From assembly GCA_964390955.1 (NCBI GenBank), contig CAYMKE010000003.1, positions 1 to 35,499 on the forward strand: DNA of 35,499 nt, read 5' to 3'. The DNA comes from an uncultured Bacteroidales bacterium. GTDB lineage: Bacteria > Bacteroidota > Bacteroidia > Bacteroidales > JBBRXJ01. A program made the position numbers and the translations under genes. The notes under the pieces were generated by a model, which did no database searches, was not told the DNA's origin, and saw nothing but the letters and a program-made list of their open reading frames with translations. This document shows positions 9,122-16,895 of the stretch, piece by piece (positions within the stretch are counted from its first letter, which is position 1; each line of letters begins with the position of its first letter).

Positions 9122-10594
9122 ATGAAAATACTATTAATAAATCCGAAATTCCCTGATACTTACTGGAGCTTTAAACATGCATTAAAATTTATATCAAAAA
9201 AAACTTCCAATATTCCGTTGGGTTTAATAACGGTTGCTTCAATATTACCAGACGAATGGGAAAAAAAATTAACAGATGTCAATGTTTCCAAACTGACAGA
9301 TAAGGATATTGAATGGGCTGATTATGTAATGATCAGCGCCATGTCGGTTCAAACAGATTCAGTAAAACGTATTATTGAACATTGTAACCAGTTGAAAACT
9401 CCAATTATTGCCGGTGGCCCATTATTTACCGAGGAATTTGAACAATTCCCCGATATTGACCACATGGTGCTCAACGAAGCAGAAATTACCCTGCCCCTGT
9501 TTTTAGAAGATATGAAAAACGGGGAACCCAAAAGGATATATCAATCAAATGAATTTTCTGATATGGCCAATACCCCTATTCCTGATTATTCGCTTTTAAA
9601 ACAAAAAGAATATGCTACTGCAGGAATTCAATATTCCAGGGGATGCCCGTTTGACTGTGAATTTTGTGATATTACTGCTTTGTTTGGCCACAAAGTGCGC
9701 ACTAAATCTTCATCACAAATAATTGCTGAATTGGATAACCTGCGTGATATTGGATGGAAAGGAAGAGTGTTTTTTGTAGATGATAATTTTATTGGGCATA
9801 AAAAGAAACTCAAAGACGACCTGTTGCCTGCCATAATCAATTGGATGGAAAAGAACGGAAACCCGTTTATCTTCACAACCGAAGCCTCTATTAATCTTTC
9901 TGATGACCAGGAACTGATGAATATGATGGTAAAAGCCGGTTTTTCTAAGGTATTTGTAGGCATTGAGACACCAGATGAAGATAGCTTGAAAGAATGCAAT
10001 AAAATCCAGAATAACAACCGTAACCTGGTTGACTGTGTGCATGCCATACAAAAATCAGGTATTGAAGTTATCGCAGGGTTTATCGTGGGGTTTGACAGCG
10101 ATCAACCCAATATTTTTCAGCGGCAGATTGATTTTATCCAAAAAAGCGGTATCATCACTGCAATGGTAGGGTTGCTTAATGCCCCACGGCTTTCAAAACT
10201 ATACAAACGCTTAAATAAGGAAGGCAGGTTAATTGACTCTTTTACAGGCGACAATACCAATTACTCCATGAACTTCGTCCCGGTAATGAATAAAGAAAAA
10301 TTAATGGAAGGATACCGAAAGATTGTACATGATATATATTCAAACAAAACCTATTACAAACGGGTAAAATGGTTCTTAAAAAACTATAAATCACCTTTTA
10401 AAACGCACAGTAAAATAAATCTTACTATAATAATAGCCTTACTGAAATCTTTTTTTTATATCGGTATCATTACAAAAAGCCGGAAATATTACTGGCAATT
10501 GTTGTTTTGGAGTTTATTCAATAAACCAAGCACATTTCCCCTGGCCATAACATATAGCATTTACGGCTATCATTTTAATAAGATTTTTAAGTAG
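9122..10594 (+). CDS. B12-binding radical SAM protein (DUF4070-type C-terminus)
   Basis: N-terminal cobalamin-binding-like region (PLGLITVA, AGGP), SRGCPFDCEFC CxxxCxxC motif, FVDDNF, FVGIET, GFIVGFD. Confidence 0.88.
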   Translation: MKILLINPKFPDTYWSFKHALKFISKKTSNIPLGLITVASILPDEWEKKLTDVNVSKLTDKDIEWADYVMISAMSVQTDSVKRIIEHCNQLKTPIIAGGPLFTEEFEQFPDIDHMVLNEAEITLPLFLEDMKNGEPKRIYQSNEFSDMANTPIPDYSLLKQKEYATAGIQYSRGCPFDCEFCDITALFGHKVRTKSSSQIIAELDNLRDIGWKGRVFFVDDNFIGHKKKLKDDLLPAIINWMEKNGNPFIFTTEASINLSDDQELMNMMVKAGFSKVFVGIETPDEDSLKECNKIQNNNRNLVDCVHAIQKSGIEVIAGFIVGFDSDQPNIFQRQIDFIQKSGIITAMVGLLNAPRLSKLYKRLNKEGRLIDSFTGDNTNYSMNFVPVMNKEKLMEGYRKIVHDIYSNKTYYKRVKWFLKNYKSPFKTHSKINLTIIIALLKSFFYIGIITKSRKYYWQLLFWSLFNKPSTFPLAITYSIYGYHFNKIFK

Positions 10595-10618
10595 AGACGC
10601 ACGGCCGTGTGTCTCTAC
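10591..10618. repeat. GTAG-type REP palindrome overlapping the radical SAM stop codon
   Basis: GTAGAGACGCACGGCCGTGTGTCTCTAC is a near-perfect palindrome, extendable by TTAA on both sides. Confidence 0.7.
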
Positions 10619-10742
10619 TTAATTTTTTATATATTTGAAAAAAATTTATTTATAAACATTTATAAATATTTAAAATGCCTTTATGTCCTGATTATCATCA
10701 ATATTAATCATACGGGCATTGCAGCGTACCGATAAGTAGGAC

Positions 10743-10776
10743 GGCAACAACGATTTGCGGTTTTTCGGTTGTAGCC
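10743..10776. other. Short attC-like recombination-site hairpin
   Basis: GGCAACAACGA...TCGGTTGTAGCC: AAC/GTT core boxes, one bulged G, 40 bp before the helicase ATG. Confidence 0.35.
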
Positions 10777-10816
10777 AATGCGAGAAGGCCCCATTACAGC
10801 AAGACAGGGATAGATA

Positions 10817-12100
10817 ATGGAGTTAACAAAAGAACAATATGACATCATCAACTCGACTGGCAATATCAAAATAAATGCTGTTGCCGGGTCTGGAAAAACC
10901 ACGACTATTATTGAGTACGCACAAGCTCGTCCAAAGCAAAGTAAGATACTCTACCTTGCTTTTAACAAATCAGTAAAACTTGAAGCAACTAAAAAATTTG
11001 CTGACAAAGGATTAGATAACGTAAAAGTTGAAACTGCCCATTCCATTGCTTATAAACACATTGTATTCAAGAATAATTACAAAGTAAGACCACGGGGATA
11101 CAAAACTCACGAAATTGCAGAATTACTTGGATTGGAAGGAAATGGAGAAAAACACGCTGAATACATTGCAGCCAATCACATCAATAAATTCATTTCCTAT
11201 TTCTGTAATAGCGAAAAGAAAAGGGTCCAAGACTTGAATTATTTAGAAATCATTTCTGATCCAAAGGCAAAAGCATTTGTTTCAAATTTTTACGAATACA
11301 TTGAAAAGCAAACCAGAATGCTTTTGAGTAAGATGGACAAAGGTGAGATTGAAATTACCCACGATTTCTATCTCAAGAAATTCCAACTATCTAACCCAAA
11401 ACTTAACTATGACTACATCCTTTTTGACGAAGGACAAGACGCTTCTGCGGCAATGCTTGATGTTTTTTTCAAACAAAAAGCTACCAAAGTTATTGTGGGC
11501 GACACACACCAACAAATTTATGGCTGGCGTTTTGCAATAAATTCACTTGAAAAAGCTGATAAGAAAAATGCTGAAATGATTTTCTCAACTGTTCACCGCT
11601 GCAAAGGAATGGAGTATGATGCCATTCAAATTGTCAATGACTTTATTTCAGAAGAAAAATTGGAAAAATTTGTACCCGACATCAGAAAAGACAACCTGAA
11701 TTTTAGAAAACTGAATGAAGAAATAAATCTTTTGTATGTAGCAATTACAAGGACTAAGAGCAGTATTCATATTCCTGAGACCTTGATGCCTGTTGACTTT
11801 CCGCCATCAAAACAAATCCACATACCGCGAGTTGCAAAAAAAGATGAAGGACAGGTATCAAAACCAACAGCAATAGATAAAACAAAAGTTAACGGCACTG
11901 AAAAAGCATATTCGGTAGATGAAGTCAGGACACGACACAAAGACGCTTACAAGCCCTGGACACAAGAACTTGATGACGAACTGACCATAATGTATTGCGA
12001 AGGAGTTAATGTTAAAAACCTGGCAATACACTTTGGACGAACAAAGGGAGCAATCCGTTCAAGAATAAAGAAATTGGAACTTAAAAAACTTTACGGATAA
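10817..12100 (+). CDS. UvrD/SF1-type helicase with C-terminal HTH/Myb-like tail; probable in-frame internal deletion (possible pseudogene)
   Basis: Motifs I (AGSGKT), Ia (LAFNK), II (DEGQD), III (GDTHQQIYGWR), V (STVHRCKGMEYD) and VI (LYVAITR). Only 18 aa separate III and V, and motif IV is absent. Confidence 0.8.
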   Translation: MELTKEQYDIINSTGNIKINAVAGSGKTTTIIEYAQARPKQSKILYLAFNKSVKLEATKKFADKGLDNVKVETAHSIAYKHIVFKNNYKVRPRGYKTHEIAELLGLEGNGEKHAEYIAANHINKFISYFCNSEKKRVQDLNYLEIISDPKAKAFVSNFYEYIEKQTRMLLSKMDKGEIEITHDFYLKKFQLSNPKLNYDYILFDEGQDASAAMLDVFFKQKATKVIVGDTHQQIYGWRFAINSLEKADKKNAEMIFSTVHRCKGMEYDAIQIVNDFISEEKLEKFVPDIRKDNLNFRKLNEEINLLYVAITRTKSSIHIPETLMPVDFPPSKQIHIPRVAKKDEGQVSKPTAIDKTKVNGTEKAYSVDEVRTRHKDAYKPWTQELDDELTIMYCEGVNVKNLAIHFGRTKGAIRSRIKKLELKKLYG

Positions 12101-12103
12101 AGG

Positions 12104-12156
12104 ATTGAGACAGAGAAAACTCAAACTGAATCGGTGAATTTATATGAATAGTGTTT
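12104..12156. repeat. 53-bp direct repeat, copy 1
   Basis: ATTGAGACAGAGAAAACTCAAACTGAATCGGTGAATTTATATGAATAGTGTTT, identical to 13243-13295. Confidence 0.95.
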
Positions 12157-12368
12157 ATGTTTGTAATGAGTTTTACAAAAGTTTCTGCCCACATTAATAT
12201 TTGTAAGCGGAAACAAAAATTAAATTATTATTATGCAAAAACAAAATTCGAAACACACTACTTTGATTTTTCGGTAGCTTAATTTAATGTTTAACTTGTA
12301 GACTTATTTTAGGACTAAACATTTGGCAGAATCGCAAAAATTCACGATTTTTGTAATAAAAAGTGATT

Positions 12369-12602
12369 ATGAGAACAATAGATAATATAAAAAACAGGTT
12401 GATTGATAAAATAATGGTCACCAATAACGAGCAATTACTTAATGCGATTGATGGCATCTTTAATTCAACTCAGATAGAGGATAAACTATATATAGATTCA
12501 GACCAAGTTGAGATGTTGTTGATGAGTGACAATGATATTAAACTTGGCAAGTTGGTTTCAGAAACTGATTTGAAGAAAGCTGATTCTAAATGGATGGATT
12601 AA
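12369..12602 (+). CDS. Putative type II antitoxin
   Basis: Small acidic protein overlapping the downstream RelE/ParE toxin by 13 nt; C-terminal DIKLGKLVSE...W pattern. Confidence 0.7.
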   Translation: MRTIDNIKNRLIDKIMVTNNEQLLNAIDGIFNSTQIEDKLYIDSDQVEMLLMSDNDIKLGKLVSETDLKKADSKWMD

Positions 12603-12901
12603 AAATATTTTGGACTCAAACAGCAATAAAACAAAGAGACCGTGTTTTCGATTATTGGAACAATAGGAACAAGAGTAATCGTTATTCTCAAAAGCTGAAT
12701 TTAGCAATTAGAGAAAGGACTGAACTGCTCAAATTTCAACCTGAAATGGGAAAGAAAACAAATTTCGGAGAAACAAGAGCAATTATCATGACACATTATA
12801 GTATTTTATACAAAATGGATAAAGCTAAGATTATAATTACTGGATTTTGGGATAATAGACAAGATATGAAAAAACTCCTTCAATTTTTAAAAGAATCATA
12901 G
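12590..12901 (+). CDS. RelE/ParE family type II toxin
   Basis: KIFWTQTA...YWNNRNKS...PEMGKKT...YSILY...IITGFWDNRQD pattern; 103 aa, basic. Confidence 0.85.
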   Translation: MDGLKIFWTQTAIKQRDRVFDYWNNRNKSNRYSQKLNLAIRERTELLKFQPEMGKKTNFGETRAIIMTHYSILYKMDKAKIIITGFWDNRQDMKKLLQFLKES

Positions 12902-12939
12902 TAAATTACTCTATGACACTCAAATTTTAAAAATAAAAT

Positions 12940-13105
12940 ATGAGTAAAGTATATCCTAAAGATTTTATCGAAGAGTATTTAAAAAAGCAGATTGGTCAGA
13001 TAATTGAAGAAAATCATCCATATTTAGCATTTTCTTTGATATCAAGTTTACAAACCGTTTTTAGAGGTAGATTAATGTGGATTAATTATAATACACATAC
13101 CGCCA
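12940..13105 (+). pseudogene. Truncated/rearranged hypothetical gene (cassette remnant)
   Basis: Plausible protein N-terminus with an A-rich leader; the annotated frame then runs through the antisense of intron DV/DVI. Confidence 0.45.
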
Positions 13106-13188
13106 ATCGAGTAGGCGGCTGCCTCCGAAAGCCCGTAGCCAGTACACCTCTCACAGTGCTCAGCGTACCGACCGGTACTGAGCGGTTC
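13106..13188 (-). mobile_element. Group IIC intron 3' remnant (domains V and VI, ORF-less)
   Basis: Minus strand reads GAACCGCTCAGTACCGGTCGGTACGCTGAGCACTGTGAGAGG...GGCAGCCGCCTACTCGAT: CGC triad, short DV stem, GTGAGAGG linker, DVI ending CTACTCGAT. Confidence 0.8.
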
Positions 13189-13243
13189 ACCCCGTGAAAT
13201 GCGAAGCAATTTTTGCAAAGCAGAAATTATTTAACGGGGTGAA
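13186..13243. repeat. REP/MITE-like inverted-repeat element
   Basis: TTCACCCCGTGAAAT ... ATTTAACGGGGTGAA terminal inverted repeat (14/15 match), abutting intron DV. Confidence 0.7.
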
Positions 13244-13295
13244 TTGAGACAGAGAAAACTCAAACTGAATCGGTGAATTTATATGAATAGTGTTT
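13243..13295. repeat. 53-bp direct repeat, copy 2
   Basis: Identical to 12104-12156. Confidence 0.95.
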
Positions 13296-13441
13296 GTTTT
13301 TTAAAGGTCATACAGAGCTCGGGGCAGTCTCAAAACCATAAAAAAAAGGATTGAAGAAATACAAGAGGTTTATTAATAGTGTTTTATGTCGATCTTTATT
13401 GTTTTGCGGTGAATTTTTCGGGTTAACCTGTAAGTTATACA

Positions 13442-13906
13442 CTATTTCCTGATGCGTTGTTCCCTTGTCCATGTTTCTTTTCGTCCAAGCCAGCGCATAC
13501 CCATGATATAGCCTTTCAGGTACAGCGTATTGTTATCTTCCTCAAACCACATGTATGCCTCATAGAAATTGCCGCTTTCCGGATCATAGACTTTGCCGCC
13601 AGACCATTCCTTTTCGCCGGCATTGTATTCAAACTCCTTAATGATCTCCAACCCTAAAATATTCCTGGACCGGAGTGAAGCATCAGGATTGTTTTTATCT
13701 TTTTTATCCCGCTCTTCCTTATCCCTTATCCAGGCAATTTTACCATAATATTTCCCATCATTTTTTTTATAAATTTTGATTTGGGAGCGTCCGTCTTTGG
13801 TTAACCAGATACCGACGAGCTGGTCTGCTCGCGCGTAAAGAGAACAAGGAAGCACTATCAATAAGATTAATAATAGATACCGATGAGTATTTTTAAATAT
13901 GTTCAT
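13442..13906 (-). CDS. DUF2147 domain-containing exported protein
   Basis: Signal peptide; GIWLT...IKIY...YGKIAW...DKNNPD..LRSR.ILGL...W.GGKVYDPESG..Y pattern. Confidence 0.85.
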   Translation of the reverse strand: MNIFKNTHRYLLLILLIVLPCSLYARADQLVGIWLTKDGRSQIKIYKKNDGKYYGKIAWIRDKEERDKKDKNNPDASLRSRNILGLEIIKEFEYNAGEKEWSGGKVYDPESGNFYEAYMWFEEDNNTLYLKGYIMGMRWLGRKETWTREQRIRK

Positions 13907-14000
13907 GATATATTATTTTGTGTCTGGTTGAGAAAAATCGAATGAAAATAAATTCAACTCCATAGAACCTGGCCATAACAAGGCCTTTGACTCGGCTTAT

Positions 14001-14345
14001 TCAGGTATCAATTTTCAATGATTTAACATTTAATTCTTTGCCCTGTAAGATATTAATTCGTGTATGCTGACAAAATGGGCAAACAGAAAAATGCTCTTCC
14101 ATATAAAACTCTTTTTCGCATTGTTGGCATCTTCCTTTTGCAGGTATCAGCTGTAATATATAATGAGAATTTTCAAGGAGAGTATTTTTAATGGCCTCTT
14201 CCATGGCAAATTCAAGAGCTTCTACAACAACTCCGCTCAGTGCCCCTATTTCTATTGTTATTTCTCTGACAGATTTTGCTTTATTTTGTTCTGCCTGTTC
14301 TTCAGCTATAGCAACTATATTTGTAGCGATTGATAATTCGTGCAT
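14001..14345 (-). CDS. hypA: Hydrogenase maturation nickel metallochaperone HypA
   Basis: MHELSIA N-terminus, GALSGV, CxxC...CPxC zinc site, GKEL. Confidence 0.93.
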   Translation of the reverse strand: MHELSIATNIVAIAEEQAEQNKAKSVREITIEIGALSGVVVEALEFAMEEAIKNTLLENSHYILQLIPAKGRCQQCEKEFYMEEHFSVCPFCQHTRINILQGKELNVKSLKIDT

Positions 14346-14350
14346 TATTA

Positions 14351-16003
14351 TTAATATTTAGCCACTAAAGGCATTCTTCTTCCACTTCCAAATGCTTTTG
14401 ATGATATTCTAAGCATAGGAGGTGCCTGGTAGCGTTTAAATTCATTTTGGTTTATCAGGCGTACAATTTTGTTTACAAGGGCTGCATCAAACCCTTCCCC
14501 TGTAATAGTATCCACGGGTTTTTGTTCTTCAATGTAATGATACAATATCTGGTCCAATACTTTGTAATCCGGTAAACTATCCGTATCTTTTTGATCGGGT
14601 TTTAATTCAGCCGACGGAGGTTTTGTGATAATATTTCCCGGGATGACTTCACTGTCTTTATTAATATACATCGCCAATCTGTACAAGTCTGTTTTATATA
14701 CATCTCCAAGAACCGATAATCCTCCGGCCATATCTCCGTATAATGTCCCGTATCCAACAGCAGCCTCACTTTTGTTGGAAGTATTTAAAAGAATATTCCC
14801 GAATTTATTTGATATTGCCATTAGCAGGATGGCTCTTGCCCTGGCCTGAATATTTTCTTCTGTTATATCTTCCTTCACATTTTGGAATAAAGGCTTCAAT
14901 ATTTTTTTAAATTCATTAAAAACAGGTTCAATGGGCACAATGTCATATTGAACACCCAGGTTATTTGCCAGCTCAATGGAGTCACTCACGGAATGTTCAG
15001 AGGAGTATTGACTGGGCATTAACAATGCCCTTACATGCTTAGCCCCCAATGCTCTTTCAGCCAGCACAAGCGTAACAGCTGAGTCTATCCCGCCAGAAAG
15101 CCCAAGCACAGCAGTTTTAAAATTCATTTTACCAAAAAAATCACGTAAGCCCAGGATCAAAGCATCGTGGATGCGCGGGATGGGAATTTCATCAATATTA
15201 GCAGGCCGTGGTGGCATTTGCGCCAATTGATCTGTATCAATGATGGTAAAATCTTCTTTAAATAAAAGCATTTCATGCACTATGTCTCCTTTGGAATTAA
15301 CAACCAGCGAATTACCAGGAAATATCAATTCGGTTTGTGCTCCGGCCTGGTTGACATATATTAATGGAATTTGATATTTGCGGGCATTATTCATGAATAT
15401 TTGTCTTTTATCATTTACCTGGTTGTATGCAAAAGGAGAAGCAGCTATATTGATCATTATGTCGGCTCCCTGATCATAAAGTCTTTCCATGGGGGCAGTT
15501 GTATATAAGTTACTTCTCCCCATTGGTGACATAGCAGGTTGTTGCTCCCATATATCTTCACAAATGGTTAAAGCAATATTAACTCCTTTAAATGATATGG
15601 TTTCAAACTGAGTATTTGACTCAAAATACCGGTATTCATCAAAAATATCATACGTGGGCAATAAAGTTTTATGCCGTATTGCCAAAATTTTTCCTCCTGA
15701 TAACAGGCATGCAGAATTATATAAAGGCTTTCCTTTTTTATTCTCATTGATTAAAGGGGCGCCTACAATTGCTGCTGTCCTGGTACATTCCTTAGCAATT
15801 CGTTGTAAAGAAGAATAACACTTATCAATAAAGTCTTTATGTTCGAGTAAATCCTGAGGAGGATAACCACAAACAGAGAGCTCGGAGAAAACAACCAAAT
15901 CTATGTTTTGTTCGGAGGCTGATCGGATATGCTCAAGGATTTTTTGTGCATTTTTATCAAAATTTCCTATATGATAGTTCAGTTGTGCTAATGCAATCCT
16001 CAT
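14351..16003 (-). CDS. nadE: Glutamine-dependent NAD+ synthetase
   Basis: Nitrilase-like domain (ELSVCGYPP, K, ICED) plus synthetase motifs GLSGGIDS, ENIQAR, NKSE..VGY.TLYGD, PSAEL. Confidence 0.96.
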   Translation of the reverse strand: MRIALAQLNYHIGNFDKNAQKILEHIRSASEQNIDLVVFSELSVCGYPPQDLLEHKDFIDKCYSSLQRIAKECTRTAAIVGAPLINENKKGKPLYNSACLLSGGKILAIRHKTLLPTYDIFDEYRYFESNTQFETISFKGVNIALTICEDIWEQQPAMSPMGRSNLYTTAPMERLYDQGADIMINIAASPFAYNQVNDKRQIFMNNARKYQIPLIYVNQAGAQTELIFPGNSLVVNSKGDIVHEMLLFKEDFTIIDTDQLAQMPPRPANIDEIPIPRIHDALILGLRDFFGKMNFKTAVLGLSGGIDSAVTLVLAERALGAKHVRALLMPSQYSSEHSVSDSIELANNLGVQYDIVPIEPVFNEFKKILKPLFQNVKEDITEENIQARARAILLMAISNKFGNILLNTSNKSEAAVGYGTLYGDMAGGLSVLGDVYKTDLYRLAMYINKDSEVIPGNIITKPPSAELKPDQKDTDSLPDYKVLDQILYHYIEEQKPVDTITGEGFDAALVNKIVRLINQNEFKRYQAPPMLRISSKAFGSGRRMPLVAKY

Positions 16004-16042
16004 ACTATAAAAGTATCGTCACAATTTAAAAAATGAAACATC

Positions 16043-16696
16043 TTAGAAAACGATTCCCAACCGTAATGAAAGATTGATGAGCTTGGATTTATCATCCGGA
16101 ACTTTATTGGTTGTAACATCCATAAAACCGTTTTGAAAAATCAATCCCATACATAATGCTGTAGATCCTCCAAGTGAATACTCTATTCCGCCCCCAAAAT
16201 AATACGAAGCATTGAACAGTGCAACATCATCCTGAATATTTTGTTCTTTATTTTCAATTACCATTTTAGAGCTTACATTGAATTCTGCCATTGTGCCCAC
16301 ATGCGCATAAAATTTCATATATCCGATTTCGTTGGATAAAAATTTAAGTCCAATCGGAAGTTTAACATATTGTAACTTGTATTTATATGTTGCATCTGTT
16401 TTGGTAGCATCATCATCTAATGAAGAAAACGTTATGGTATCATATTTAATATTTCCCCTGACGTTATTAAGATTTATGCCTGTGTTAAATGCATAATTTT
16501 TTGCAAAGAAATAATCAAAGAAAAACCCAAAATTAAATCCCGCACTAACCCCTTCAGGATCAGAATTATCATTTACAACAGAAAACCAACTCAATTGAGG
16601 GTCGGCGTTAATACCAAAGCGAAGTCCACCGTCATCACCTGCATGTATGTTTGTCCCGAAACAGGCAACCAATAAAACAATAAGTAATTTCTTCAT
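16043..16696 (-). CDS. PorT-like outer-membrane beta-barrel protein
   Basis: Signal peptide from Met 16696, amphipathic beta strands, LQYVKLPIGLK, C-terminal Phe. Confidence 0.75.
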   Translation of the reverse strand: MKKLLIVLLVACFGTNIHAGDDGGLRFGINADPQLSWFSVVNDNSDPEGVSAGFNFGFFFDYFFAKNYAFNTGINLNNVRGNIKYDTITFSSLDDDATKTDATYKYKLQYVKLPIGLKFLSNEIGYMKFYAHVGTMAEFNVSSKMVIENKEQNIQDDVALFNASYYFGGGIEYSLGGSTALCMGLIFQNGFMDVTTNKVPDDKSKLINLSLRLGIVF

Positions 16697-16733
16697 AATT
16701 ATTTTTTTTAGATAAGCAATTCTGTTCGTTTTA

Positions 16734-16741
16734 CAAATATA
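16734..16741 (-). promoter_or_regulatory. Putative -7 box (TATATTTG) for the barrel-nadE-hypA operon
   Basis: CAAATATA on the plus strand, about 40 nt upstream of the ATG at 16696. Confidence 0.5.
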
Positions 16742-16895
16742 AAAAAGAAAAGGCATTCGGTGTATTAAAATCATAAAAAATATTCAATATTTTTACATAT
16801 AAAATATTGATTCATATTCAAACGTTTCTATCCAGTATAGTTCAAAAAAAAATTAAATGATTATATTGCAGCAAAATTTTAAACATAAAAAACCA

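Noticed and set aside
9122-10594. Calling the radical SAM enzyme HpnP (hopanoid C-2 methylase)
   Set aside because: The architecture is related, but there are no hopanoid genes nearby and I cannot assign the subfamily by eye
10722-10732. CAGCGTACCGA, also present within the intron DV remnant
   Set aside because: An 11-bp match is expected by chance in 35 kb, and the flanks do not align collinearly
12940-13197. 85-aa ORF as an intact gene
   Set aside because: Its last third is the antisense of intron DVI/DV and the IR element, so it is treated as a remnant
12104-13295. 53-bp repeats as a CRISPR array
   Set aside because: There are only two copies, 1.1 kb apart, enclosing genes, with no cas genes
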